Notes: a model not told the origin generated them from the letters alone. Shown: positions 48,798 to 59,027, numbered from the stretch's first letter. The stretch is 64,000 nt of DNA from an uncultured Clostridia bacterium (GCA_934129895.1 CAKOWY010000001.1:272788-336787), one strand, 5' to 3'. Numbers and translations: made by a program.

Positions 48798-49589
48798 TTA
48801 TAATACATCTGCAAAATCTTTTTTATTTTTCTTAAATACATGATTTCCCCATACATACATAATTACTGTTATTATCCAAAAAACTATTGTATATATTCCA
48901 TGATTTTCTGTTATTATATTTCCTCCCATAAATGCTTGTCTAAATGCTGTTACTAAATAAGAAAAAGGCATACATTGTACTACTTTTAATATTGTTTGAT
49001 GGTTTTCTAATCTAGATACTCCCCAAACAACTGGTGTTGCCCAAAAGAATAATTGCATTAATATTGCTAATAAATTTGAAAGATCAGGTACCAAAGTTGT
49101 TAGTGCTGATGTCAACCTAGTAAATGCTATTACAAATGCATATACTGCTATTACTACATAAATTGCTTGTAATATATTTGGCACATATCCAAACATTGAA
49201 CATACAACTGTAACTACTATTATTAAAAATATTGATACAAATGAACTTCCTATAAGTGAAATAATTGGTATTATATCTATTGGAAAGACAACTTTTTTTA
49301 CCAAATAGCTGTAATTTCTAATAGCTGAACTTGCACTCATTATACTATCATTTAAGCATTGCCATATTGCCATACCAGGCAAATACCATACAATATAAGG
49401 TGATCCTCCATCTCCTTCCATTCCAAATATAAATTGAAATACCACTACATACATCATCATAAATACGAATGGTTGTAAAAATCCCCATACACTTCCTAAA
49501 CTTGTATTAGCAAATCTATTTTTAAAATCACTTTTTCCAAGTTTCCATGCAATTGTTTTATTCTCCCATAATGTTTTTATAAATTCCAT
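48798..49589 (-). CDS. ABC-2 type polysaccharide exporter permease (TagG/Wzm-like)
   Basis: It has 6 TM segments and the ABC-2 family pattern, and it is adjacent to the ATPase gene. Confidence 0.8.
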   Translation of the reverse strand: MEFIKTLWENKTIAWKLGKSDFKNRFANTSLGSVWGFLQPFVFMMMYVVVFQFIFGMEGDGGSPYIVWYLPGMAIWQCLNDSIMSASSAIRNYSYLVKKVVFPIDIIPIISLIGSSFVSIFLIIVVTVVCSMFGYVPNILQAIYVVIAVYAFVIAFTRLTSALTTLVPDLSNLLAILMQLFFWATPVVWGVSRLENHQTILKVVQCMPFSYLVTAFRQAFMGGNIITENHGIYTIVFWIITVIMYVWGNHVFKKNKKDFADVL

Positions 49590-49685
49590 TTTTCTTCCTC
49601 TCTTGCTTCTGTTTATTATTCATGGCATATTATATCATTGTTTTGTTTTTATTTCATTATTTTTCACAAATTTTTTCCTTAATTT

Positions 49686-50471
49686 CTACATAAGATCTAT
49701 TATACTCTGAATTATTTCTTTTTTTGACATTTGTTTCTCTTTATTTTCATTTATAAATATAATCATTTTATTATTATCTTCAAAATATTCATAAGTTTGA
49801 TATTGATCCATTTCTTCAAAATTGTAATCCAATATTTCCCCGGTTACTTCATCAACAATATAAGTTACACTTGAATTTCTTAAAATATATAATCTATCGC
49901 CTTTTATTACTTTTTCTATTTTTTTATCATTTTCATTTTGATTATTTTTGTTTTTTATTTTTAAATATCCATTTTCATTTATTTCATATTCGGAATTTGT
50001 TATTTCTTTTAACATTTCTAATACATTTTGCCTGTCTTTTTCAAAAATCCAAATTCCTGCATATTTTGGATGATTATTTTTTAAAATATCATCAATTTCT
50101 GATAATTTAGGCTCACTATTTTTTATCATTCCTGCAAATGCAACTTTATATTTTACACTTGATTTTATTGTTATAACTTTTGTATTGTCATAACTTTCTT
50201 GTATTTCGTATAATTCTGAATTTCCTGTTTTTCCAGAATCATTTTTTATATTATCTATTTCTGTTTGTTCTTCTTGAGATTCTGTTTGTTCTTGATTTTC
50301 TATTGGAATCTCTTTTTGTTCATCATTTATCTCATCTTGCTGATTTTCTTCAATATTTTCTTTATTATCTTCATTTGTTTTATTTTGTTTTAAATTATTT
50401 ACTGTAACAATTACTATTCCAAGTACTATTATTACAACTATACATACAAAAATTATTATTTTTTTCTTCAT
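49686..50471 (-). CDS. hypothetical membrane-anchored acidic protein
   Basis: An N-terminal TM segment is followed by an E/Q/D-rich low-complexity stretch and an unknown globular C-domain. Confidence 0.5.
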   Translation of the reverse strand: MKKKIIIFVCIVVIIVLGIVIVTVNNLKQNKTNEDNKENIEENQQDEINDEQKEIPIENQEQTESQEEQTEIDNIKNDSGKTGNSELYEIQESYDNTKVITIKSSVKYKVAFAGMIKNSEPKLSEIDDILKNNHPKYAGIWIFEKDRQNVLEMLKEITNSEYEINENGYLKIKNKNNQNENDKKIEKVIKGDRLYILRNSSVTYIVDEVTGEILDYNFEEMDQYQTYEYFEDNNKMIIFINENKEKQMSKKEIIQSIIDLM

Positions 50472-50530
50472 AATTAATAATTAAGGGGGATTGCTTCCAC
50501 TTATTTAGTGAGAACTTTCCCCCATTCCTT

Positions 50531-53026
50531 TCATTTTATTGATTTTAGCATATCTAATGTAGCTGTTATATACCTATTAGAAAATTTCTTATCAACAACA
50601 GATTGATGATCTGTTACTCCTGCTTTTGGTAATTCTATTAATGCTGATTTTGCTGCACCTGCTGATGATCCAAGATATGTTCTTGCCCAGTTTACTAAAT
50701 ATCCTGTTCCATATCTTCCTACACCTGATTTATTATTTTCCGGAAATTGTTTTTCATAATATGAGCATATTTTAACATCTCCAATTAATTGTTGAGTCCA
50801 TCCATGTAAGTCAACTAATATTGTTTGACCATTTTGAGATTTATTCTTTATTAAGAAATCCCTCAAAGCTTTTGCTTCATACGCTTGAAATCCCTTTTCT
50901 CCATTATAATTTCTATCTGATGTATATCTAGTATAATCTTCTCCCACTTGCCAGCATCTATTCATATCAATTCCTTTATTTTGAGGTGCTTCACTGTATA
51001 AAGTTGTTCTTCCTGGTCCATTATTTGTCCATCCATTTTTTAATCCATCTTGATTTACACCAGGGAAAACATATATTGTCCAATTATTATAAATATCATA
51101 GTCTTTATCTGTCATAAGTTTATTATAAAAGTCATTTGCTATATTAACTAATTCTTTACCATCTTTATCCCAAATATCTTCATATCCATGTAAAGCAAAT
51201 ACTGCAAAAAATACATTTTTTCCTTTGCCATATTTTAAATATGGTAATTCACTTCCACCTTTATTTGCAATTTTTTGACCAGATACACCATAAGTTCCTT
51301 CTTCTCGTTCTATTTTAGGACAAATTTCAGTATCAACCATTTGTTGCTCTAGTATTTTACCATCTTCACTTACAACTTGGACTTTTAAATTTACCTTTTC
51401 TAATTTATAAGTACTAAAATCTACAATCATTTCATATCCTGGTTTTGGATTTTTGTCTTGTCCTCCATATCCTTTTATTGTTTCTAATACATCTGCTCTT
51501 TCTGTTCTTTCTAATTTTATATTTTCAATCTTATCATTGACCATTAATTGTATTTTGGCATTTTTTATATCTGTCATTAGCCAGCCTTTTATCTTATATT
51601 GTTCCTGACCTATTTTATCTGGAATCATTGTGTCAACACACATTTTTAATTTATTTTTTATTTTAGGTACAATTTTTATTTCTATCGCTTCTACTTTAAG
51701 ATTTTTACCTGTTGTTCCTGATATTTCTCCATCATTTGCCCATTCTTGCCATCCTCTGTCTTGAATATAAGTCCTATATGTTATTGAATATTGTTCTGTA
51801 CCTTCTAATTTTATTTGAATTGCTTCTACTTTTAAGTTTTTACCTGTTGTTCCTGATTGTTCTCCTGCATTTTTCCAAGTTTTTTCCCAGCCTAAATCTT
51901 GTACATGTGTTTTATAAAGAATTTTTACTCCTTCTGGAATGTTTCTTCCGACTATTTTAATTGCTTCTATCTTTAATTTTTTTCCTGTAACTCCTGCTGT
52001 ATTTCCTTGCTCTTTATAATTTTGCCATCCTATATCTTGCACATGTGCTGAATATCTTACAAAAAACTCATTACTTATCTTCTTTTTTATGGCTTTTATT
52101 TCTATTGCTTCTATTCTTTTATTTTTGCCTGTTGTTCCCGCTTCTTCGCCATCTTTTTTCCAGCTCTGCCATCCTTCTCCTTGTACAAATACTCTATATG
52201 TAATTGAATATTCATCAGAATACTCATCTCCAACTTTTATTTTTATTGCTTCTACTTTAAGATTTTTTCCTGTTGTTCCTGATTGTTCTCCTGAATTTTT
52301 CCAAGTTTTTTCCCAACCTAAATCTTGTACATGTGACTGATATTTTATATTTATGTTCTTTTTTCCATCTTTTAGTTCTATTCTTACGGCTTCGATTTTT
52401 AATCCTTTATTTGCTATTCCAGATGTTTCTCCATCACAATAATATTTTTGCCATCCTATATCTTGTACATGTGATTGATATAACACTGTTGTTTCTGTTT
52501 TAGAAACAATTCTAATTTGAATTGCTTCCATTTTTAAACCTTTTCCAACAGCACCTGCAATTTCTTCATCTTTTTTCCATTCCATCCATCCATAATTTTC
52601 TAGATGAGTTCTATATTCTACTGAATAATTTTCTGTTCCTGTTAATCGGATTTTTATTGCTTCCATTATTTTGTTTTTACCTGTTGTTCCCGCTTCTTCA
52701 CCATTCTTTTTCCATTCTTGCCAACCAATATCTTTAACATATACTTGATATTCAATATTTACATTTTTAGGAGCATCTACTAGTTTTATTTTTATTGCTT
52801 CATTTTTTAGATTTTTACCTGTTGTTCCTGATTCTTGACCATCAATTTTAGAAAATTCTTTTTCCCATCCTAAGTCTTGTACATGTGAATTATATGCAAC
52901 TGAAAATTTTTCTTCGATTTTTTCATTTTTCTTCTCCACTTCAGCTGCACTAACTGTTTGAACAAATGATAATAGCAAAATAACACAACAACTTAATACT
53001 CCAATAACTATTTTTAAATTTCTCAT
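50531..53026 (-). CDS. secreted ChW-repeat protein with C-terminal M14-type zinc carboxypeptidase-like domain (peptidoglycan peptidase candidate)
   Basis: A signal peptide (start at the ATG at 53024-53026) is followed by about 10 ChW-type repeats. The C-domain has the HxxE (FALHGYEDIW), NRCW and DLHGW motifs expected for M14 zinc ligands. Confidence 0.7.
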   Translation of the reverse strand: MRNLKIVIGVLSCCVILLLSFVQTVSAAEVEKKNEKIEEKFSVAYNSHVQDLGWEKEFSKIDGQESGTTGKNLKNEAIKIKLVDAPKNVNIEYQVYVKDIGWQEWKKNGEEAGTTGKNKIMEAIKIRLTGTENYSVEYRTHLENYGWMEWKKDEEIAGAVGKGLKMEAIQIRIVSKTETTVLYQSHVQDIGWQKYYCDGETSGIANKGLKIEAVRIELKDGKKNINIKYQSHVQDLGWEKTWKNSGEQSGTTGKNLKVEAIKIKVGDEYSDEYSITYRVFVQGEGWQSWKKDGEEAGTTGKNKRIEAIEIKAIKKKISNEFFVRYSAHVQDIGWQNYKEQGNTAGVTGKKLKIEAIKIVGRNIPEGVKILYKTHVQDLGWEKTWKNAGEQSGTTGKNLKVEAIQIKLEGTEQYSITYRTYIQDRGWQEWANDGEISGTTGKNLKVEAIEIKIVPKIKNKLKMCVDTMIPDKIGQEQYKIKGWLMTDIKNAKIQLMVNDKIENIKLERTERADVLETIKGYGGQDKNPKPGYEMIVDFSTYKLEKVNLKVQVVSEDGKILEQQMVDTEICPKIEREEGTYGVSGQKIANKGGSELPYLKYGKGKNVFFAVFALHGYEDIWDKDGKELVNIANDFYNKLMTDKDYDIYNNWTIYVFPGVNQDGLKNGWTNNGPGRTTLYSEAPQNKGIDMNRCWQVGEDYTRYTSDRNYNGEKGFQAYEAKALRDFLIKNKSQNGQTILVDLHGWTQQLIGDVKICSYYEKQFPENNKSGVGRYGTGYLVNWARTYLGSSAGAAKSALIELPKAGVTDHQSVVDKKFSNRYITATLDMLKSIK
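51820..51909. repeat. intragenic direct repeat copy A (ChW-module coding)
   Basis: About 90 nt that are roughly 95% identical to 52246-52335 (ttgcttctac...tcctgttgttcctgattgttctcctg.atttttccaagttttttccca.cctaaatcttgtacatgtg). Confidence 0.55.
52246..52335. repeat. intragenic direct repeat copy B (ChW-module coding)
   Basis: It matches 51820-51909. The same core ttttttcctgttgttcctg(a/t)ttgttctcc also recurs in the GH25 gene (for example near 34380 and 34810). Confidence 0.55.
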
Positions 53027-53064
53027 AAAAATCAATCCTTTTCTTTTTTCTTTTGAGACCATTA

Positions 53065-54042
53065 TTATATACTAAATTTAATATACGCTATTAAGGGAAA
53101 ATGAAATAATACAATTTCTCTTATTTCTTTTTTAAATTGATTTTTTCCTCCTAATATTTTAAAATAAGTCCTTACATTAGTATAGATTATTTTATTGTTT
53201 AAAATAGTTTCATAATATTTTTTTGATTTTTCTATAAATTTTTTATCTTCTTCATCTTCAGTATATTTTTCGCACATCAATATTCCATCATAATATGCTC
53301 TATGTATAACATCTTTTCTATATAAGCAAAATGATTTATACCCTTGTCCATTTTTTTCTTTCCATCTTTTTAAATTTTGGCTTAGATTTCTTCCACCAAA
53401 GACATTAGTGTTATGTAACCTATAATCAAATAATGGTTCTTTTATACATGTTATTCCTTTTCCCTCTGAAGCTATAAATGCTGCCAACCAATCATGTGCT
53501 ATTACTTCGTCTTTAAATGGTATCATTTTATCTTTCACATATTTAGTTATTATTTGTGAGCATCCTATTCCAACACATCTTGAAATTGCTAATTTGTCTT
53601 TTTTAAAAACTATTGGAACATTTTTATATTTCAAATAGTTTTCTTTTAAAACAATGCCATTTTCATTTATCTGTCTACAATTACAATATGCCATATCAAC
53701 ATTTTTTTCTTTTAATTGTTTTAAACTTTTTTCTACTTTATCAATATACCATACATCATCATGATCTGAAAACATTATGTATTCTGCATTTGATTGTTTT
53801 AATAAAAATTCAAAATTCTTGTTATAACCTAAATTATGTGGTTGTATAAATAATTTTATTCTACTATCTTTTTGAGCATATTCTTTTAATATTTCAATTA
53901 TATTTGCATTACTTGAATGATCATCACTTATATATAATTTGATATTTTTATGTGTCTGTCTTAATATTGATTCTATTTGCTTTCTCAAATACTTTTCATT
54001 TGTATTATAAGTTGCTAATAATATATCAACTAAATCTTTCAT
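53065..54042 (-). CDS. glycosyltransferase family 2
   Basis: The GT2 signatures ILLATYNTNEKYL and SDDHSS are present. Confidence 0.75.
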   Translation of the reverse strand: MKDLVDILLATYNTNEKYLRKQIESILRQTHKNIKLYISDDHSSNANIIEILKEYAQKDSRIKLFIQPHNLGYNKNFEFLLKQSNAEYIMFSDHDDVWYIDKVEKSLKQLKEKNVDMAYCNCRQINENGIVLKENYLKYKNVPIVFKKDKLAISRCVGIGCSQIITKYVKDKMIPFKDEVIAHDWLAAFIASEGKGITCIKEPLFDYRLHNTNVFGGRNLSQNLKRWKEKNGQGYKSFCLYRKDVIHRAYYDGILMCEKYTEDEEDKKFIEKSKKYYETILNNKIIYTNVRTYFKILGGKNQFKKEIREIVLFHFPLIAYIKFSI

Positions 54043-54066
54043 TTTTCTTCCTTTTCTATAATTAGA

Positions 54067-54783
54067 TTATATTTTATATTCCTTTTCTAGTTTTTCATTA
54101 AAATATAATTTTGTTATAAGTTTTAGTTCATTTAATGATTCATCTTTTAAATTAAATGAAAAAAGCTTTTTGGCTGGTGACATAATAATATATTTTATAG
54201 CTGATACTGTACTTTCTGACATTATTAATGCTCCTTTGTCTTGCTTTCCACAATTTTCACATTTAAATCCATTATCTTTTATACTAAAATATCTAATATT
54301 TTCTGCACTTTTACAATTTACACATTCTTTTATTCTTGGTGTATATCCTAAAAAACATAATAACTTCATTTTAAATATACTAACAATTAATTCAGGATTT
54401 TTATCTGTTTCTGATAAAACATATAATGTATTTAAATACAGTTGTAATATTTTGTAACAATTCTCATTCTCTTCTGTTACATCTCTAATAATTTTTGTTA
54501 TTTCAACAGCACAATTTAGTTTGTCTAAATCTGTTCTTATATTATAAAAAACTTCTATTGTATCACATGAATTTATATTATATGTATTTGCCCCTTTATA
54601 CATCATATAATTGCCAAAGCACAAAAATTGTGTTCCTGCTAGCAATGCACTTTTAGGTCTTCTTGCTCCTTTGGCAACACATGATATTTTTCCAATTCCA
54701 GGTGTTAACATTGTTAGCATTTTATCATAATCACCTAAATTTGTTTCAGAAATTATTATACCACTTGTTTTTATCGTTCCCAT
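54067..54783 (-). CDS. recO: DNA repair protein RecO
   Basis: It has the RecO N-terminal OB region (GIIISETNLGDYDKMLTMLT...GKISCVAKGARR) and a C4 zinc motif (CVNC...CENC). Confidence 0.85.
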   Translation of the reverse strand: MGTIKTSGIIISETNLGDYDKMLTMLTPGIGKISCVAKGARRPKSALLAGTQFLCFGNYMMYKGANTYNINSCDTIEVFYNIRTDLDKLNCAVEITKIIRDVTEENENCYKILQLYLNTLYVLSETDKNPELIVSIFKMKLLCFLGYTPRIKECVNCKSAENIRYFSIKDNGFKCENCGKQDKGALIMSESTVSAIKYIIMSPAKKLFSFNLKDESLNELKLITKLYFNEKLEKEYKI

Positions 54784-54937
54784 TCTGTTCGTCCTTTTGT
54801 ATTTTTTCTATTTCAAAATCTTTTAATTCATTCTTTTTGTATATTTCAGCTTCAGTTCCTTCAAATTGCTTAAGCTCTAAAAAAGTGTTTAAATCTCCAG
54901 TATTTTTAAAAGTTTCCCATGCTATTTTTTTTATCAT
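54746..54937 (-). CDS. YqzL-like small protein
   Basis: IAWETFKNTGDLNTFLELKQFE resembles the YqzL family. It sits in the conserved position between era and recO, and its 3' end overlaps the recO start by 38 nt. Confidence 0.45.
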   Translation of the reverse strand: MIKKIAWETFKNTGDLNTFLELKQFEGTEAEIYKKNELKDFEIEKIQKDEQNGNDKNKWYNNF

Positions 54938-55000
54938 AAGCTCACTTCCTTTAATTCTATCTTCTGCATTTTATTATTTTTTATTCAATTTTGTGAAATA

Positions 55001-55903
55001 TTATTGCAATTTAAATTTTTTTACAATTGCAGTATCATCTTGCCAGTCTTTTTTTACTTTTACCCATGTTTTTAAATTTACTTTTATGCCAAAATTGTTT
55101 TCCATATCAATTCTTGCCGCTTGTCCTATTCTTTTTAACATACTTCCATCTTTTCCAATTATTATTCCTTTATGTGATTCTCTTAAACAATAAATTGTTG
55201 CTTCTATATCATAAAATTCTTCCTTTTTTTGAGTTTTCTTTAATTTCATTTTTTCAACTTCAACATAAATTCCATGTGGTACTTCGTCTTGCAAAAATTT
55301 TAATGCTTTTTCTCTGATTGTTTCTTCTGCAAGTTGTCTCATTGTTTGATCTGTATATTCTTCTGTATCATAATATGCTGGTCCTGGCTTTAAGTTTTTT
55401 TCAATCTCATCTAATATAATATCTCTATATTTGTTTTTTACTGATGATACTGGAATTACAGCTTCAAAATTATATTGTTTTTGATATAAATCAATTAATT
55501 TTAATAAATTTTCTTTTTTTACTAAATCTATTTTGTTTATTATAAGTATTGCCTTTTTATTTGATTCTTTTATTTTTTCTAGGATTCTCATATCTCCTCT
55601 GCCTATTTCTTCACTTGTAGCTTCTATAACAAATAAAATTAAGTCAATTTCACTTATAATTCCAAAAGATGTTTCTATCATGGTTTCATTTAATTTAGTC
55701 TTTGGTTTATGAATTCCAGGAGTATCTATAAATACTATTTGAGAATTTTCTCTATTTACAATTCCTCTTATTGCTGTTCTTGTTGTTTGTACTTTATTTG
55801 CTGTTGCAGCAATTTTTTCTCCTACAAGTAAATTGACTAATGTAGATTTTCCTACATTAGTTCTTCCTAGTATTGCCACAAATCCTGATTTAAATTCTGC
55901 CAT
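55001..55903 (-). CDS. era: GTPase Era
   Basis: The G1 motif GRTNVGKSTL and the G3 motif DTPGIH are present, with a C-terminal KH domain. Confidence 0.9.
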   Translation of the reverse strand: MAEFKSGFVAILGRTNVGKSTLVNLLVGEKIAATANKVQTTRTAIRGIVNRENSQIVFIDTPGIHKPKTKLNETMIETSFGIISEIDLILFVIEATSEEIGRGDMRILEKIKESNKKAILIINKIDLVKKENLLKLIDLYQKQYNFEAVIPVSSVKNKYRDIILDEIEKNLKPGPAYYDTEEYTDQTMRQLAEETIREKALKFLQDEVPHGIYVEVEKMKLKKTQKKEEFYDIEATIYCLRESHKGIIIGKDGSMLKRIGQAARIDMENNFGIKVNLKTWVKVKKDWQDDTAIVKKFKLQ

Positions 55904-58206
55904 TATTTTTCTTCCTCCACCTTTTTTACAGTATATTCTATAACATTTATAGTTTTTATATTCAATTTTGATGCAATATCATCTTCATCCATTTTTGCAA
56001 TACGCACTGTCTTTTTAGACTCAAGTTTTATATCAGCATCCTTTATTTTTCCAATTATCCTTGTATCATTATCCATTCCGATTGGTAATGTCTTGTTTTG
56101 ATTATCAAAATAAACACAATTAGAAAATGCTAATATATTAGAACCTCTTTCAAAATTAATTTTAAATAAGTTTATTTTATTTTTTTCAGATTTTTCTATT
56201 CCATCTAATATTTCATTTTCTGCACATAAATTAAATACATTTATCTCATTTGCATCAATATTTTCTTCTTCTTCTTTCCATAAGTATGCAGAAAGATTCT
56301 CACTTAATGTTATTTTATCAAGTGCATCATTTATTCTCCAATTAATTTGACTTAAATTTGCTCTATAATCTGCTATTTTGTATTGTTTTGCTACACCTAA
56401 TATTTCATATTTATTTTTTGGATGTTCTCTATGTTCTTTATTAGCTAATTTTTTTATTTTTCTTGTATCTTCTTCCAATCCATCAAATATATCTATTGTT
56501 TCGTCTTTATTTATTGCTTTAAAATCTGCTTTTACTTTTTTTAGATATCCATCTAATTCTTTTGGTTCTAATGAATTTGTTCTTATTTTATTTAATGCAA
56601 TTAATTGATCTGTTGTAGTTATATATATTGCATCTAATTCTTCTTTATTTAATTTATTGCGTTGTAATTTATCAATTGTGTTTCCAAATTCTTCAAAATC
56701 TTCGTCATAATCAAAATTTTTAGTATGTGGTTTTACATTTATTTGTTCTTCTTCACCTTCATTTAAAGCTTGAACTTCATCTTTATTACTATATTTCCAA
56801 AATTCAAATATACTCTTTTTATGATTATCTATTTCTTGAATATATGCTGTTGCATTCTCAATTTTTTTGTTTAAATTTACAATTTTTAATTTTAAAGCAT
56901 TTATATCTAATATAATATTTTTTAGATTATTTTCGCTTTCTACTACTTTTTTACCTTTTGCAACTAATTCCTCAAGTTTATATTGTTCTTTTAATATTTC
57001 ATCTATATATTCAATCTCTTGGCTATCTTCATTTTTTTCTGTTTCAACTGCAATTTCATTATTTTCTTTTTCTTCTTTTTTCTTAGTCTTTTTTCCACTA
57101 TATTTAAAGAAATATTTTACTTTTCCGAAAAATGTTTTCTTACATTCCAAAAATACTGATATTTGCTTTTCTTTTGATATATATTCACTTTCTAATTCTT
57201 CTGATTGTTTTTGCAATATATTTAATTTTTCTTTATATTTATTGTATTCTATTACTGACTCTTTTTCTTTTTTAATCATTTCTTTATATTGCAAATTAAT
57301 CCAATCACTTAAAGAATCATATTTTAATATTTCTTCATTATATAAAAATTCAATTGTTCCTTGTTTATCTACTTGAGTATTAAATTTATAACAACTTGGT
57401 AACTCTGTTTGTAATATATATAATGCTTTTACTAGTTTAAAAAATTTACCTGCATCAATTTTACTTGTTAATTTTACTTTATATTCTGATTTTATTTTTT
57501 CTAATACTTCTGTTTGTCCAATAATCTGTAATGATTTTTTTTCTGTTTTATCACTTACTTCATATACTGATGGCCAATTTTCTGTTATTGTATATAAATA
57601 ATTTATTAAACTATCTATTTCTGTCTTATTTAACAATTCTTTTGAGTAGTCCATATTACAAATTGGAACAAATATTTTTCCCGATTTTTTCTTTTCTAAT
57701 TGCTTTTTTAGTATATAGAAAAATGTAGAAAAGTCTCTATCTTCTGTTGGAACCATCATAAAATACTTGTCATTTACTTCTGAATAATATATTTGCCATA
57801 GATAATTACCTGGATATCTTATTTTAAATGGCATTTTTTTGCATAATTCTTGTTGTTCTTCTTCAATTTTCTCAATTTCAGCTATATTCATTTCTTCAAC
57901 CATTTTTATGAATGTTTCATAATTTATCATTTCCTCTTCTGTTTTAGGATCTATATAATAAATTAATGGTTTCGATTTTTTGTATTTTGTTTTTGTACTT
58001 TCCCCTCTATTACAAGGAGTTAACAATATTTCTAATTCTTTTGGAGATATAAATCTATATTGTCTATATTGATTTTCTTCTATTCCAAGATTTGGTCGAA
58101 AATCTATATTTTCAACATACTTTAACGTTCCTGGTATTTTTTCTAAGTCTAATCCTATGTATTCTAGTTTTTTTGTTATTTCATCTGCATTTTTTTTCTT
58201 TTCCAA
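55903..58206 (-). CDS. large hypothetical protein (767 aa, Lys/Glu-rich, central coiled coils)
   Basis: It has an intact ORF, and its stop overlaps the era ATG. I recognise no catalytic motifs in it. Confidence 0.6.
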   Translation of the reverse strand: MEKKKNADEITKKLEYIGLDLEKIPGTLKYVENIDFRPNLGIEENQYRQYRFISPKELEILLTPCNRGESTKTKYKKSKPLIYYIDPKTEEEMINYETFIKMVEEMNIAEIEKIEEEQQELCKKMPFKIRYPGNYLWQIYYSEVNDKYFMMVPTEDRDFSTFFYILKKQLEKKKSGKIFVPICNMDYSKELLNKTEIDSLINYLYTITENWPSVYEVSDKTEKKSLQIIGQTEVLEKIKSEYKVKLTSKIDAGKFFKLVKALYILQTELPSCYKFNTQVDKQGTIEFLYNEEILKYDSLSDWINLQYKEMIKKEKESVIEYNKYKEKLNILQKQSEELESEYISKEKQISVFLECKKTFFGKVKYFFKYSGKKTKKKEEKENNEIAVETEKNEDSQEIEYIDEILKEQYKLEELVAKGKKVVESENNLKNIILDINALKLKIVNLNKKIENATAYIQEIDNHKKSIFEFWKYSNKDEVQALNEGEEEQINVKPHTKNFDYDEDFEEFGNTIDKLQRNKLNKEELDAIYITTTDQLIALNKIRTNSLEPKELDGYLKKVKADFKAINKDETIDIFDGLEEDTRKIKKLANKEHREHPKNKYEILGVAKQYKIADYRANLSQINWRINDALDKITLSENLSAYLWKEEEENIDANEINVFNLCAENEILDGIEKSEKNKINLFKINFERGSNILAFSNCVYFDNQNKTLPIGMDNDTRIIGKIKDADIKLESKKTVRIAKMDEDDIASKLNIKTINVIEYTVKKVEEEK

Positions 58207-58283
58207 AACTAGACTCTCCTTTCACTTTTTATTCTTTTTTATTTTACTATTTTTTTTTGAAAATATCAAGTTTTATAGCAAAA

Positions 58284-58310
58284 AATAGTAAGACATTTCT
58301 TACTATTTTT
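58284..58310 (-). terminator. Rho-independent terminator after the peroxiredoxin gene
   Basis: AATAGTAAGA/TCTTACTATT 10-bp stem with a CATT loop, followed on the minus strand by TTTTTTGC. It lies 20 nt 3' of the stop at 58331. Confidence 0.55.
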
Positions 58311-58330
58311 AACGGTTTTTATCTGTTTTT

Positions 58331-58975
58331 TTATTTGAATTCTAAATACCAATTTAATCTATTTGGTGATTCATTTTTCATTCTTTCTTCTATCTCTAAA
58401 TATGTTTTTGGAGGATATAGTAATGTAGGATCTCCTTCTCTCCAATTAGCTGGTATTACAGTTTGTGATTTTTCTGAATATTGCAATGCTTCTACAATTC
58501 TTATTATTTCTGGAATGTATCTTCCTATATTCAAAGGATATGTAAGTATTACTCTGACAATTCCTTTATCATCTAATATAAAAACACTTCTTACTGTTTC
58601 TGTTGAACTAACATCATTTGATATCATTCCATACTGTCTTGCTATACTACCGTTTCTATCTGCAATTATAGGAAATGGTAATACAATTCCAGTCATGCTA
58701 TATATATTTCTCATCCATTCTAAATGAGAGGGATTACTATCTATGCTTAGTCCTAACAATTCTGTATTTAATTTTTGAAAAAATGGATATGCTTTGGCAA
58801 ATTCTATCATTTCTGTTGTACATACTGGGGTAAAGTCTCCTGGATGAGAAAAAAATATAAGCCATTTTCCTGCATAATTATTTAGTTCAATTTCTCCATA
58901 AGTTGTTACTGCTTTAAAGTTTGGAGCTTTTTGTCCTATTTTTACATTTCCATTCATCATTAATTCATAGTCCAT
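58331..58975 (-). CDS. peroxiredoxin (AhpC/TSA family, 1-Cys Prx6-like)
   Basis: It has the peroxidatic motif FTPVCTTE and WLIFFSHPGDFTPV. The ATG at 58973-58975 has an AAAGGAG RBS, whereas the track start at 59035 would overlap the upstream gene. Confidence 0.8.
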   Translation of the reverse strand: MDYELMMNGNVKIGQKAPNFKAVTTYGEIELNNYAGKWLIFFSHPGDFTPVCTTEMIEFAKAYPFFQKLNTELLGLSIDSNPSHLEWMRNIYSMTGIVLPFPIIADRNGSIARQYGMISNDVSSTETVRSVFILDDKGIVRVILTYPLNIGRYIPEIIRIVEALQYSEKSQTVIPANWREGDPTLLYPPKTYLEIEERMKNESPNRLNWYLEFK

Positions 58976-59027
58976 AAAAAATTCTCCTTTCAAATTATTA
59001 TATTTGAAAGAAGAATTTTTGTTAATT

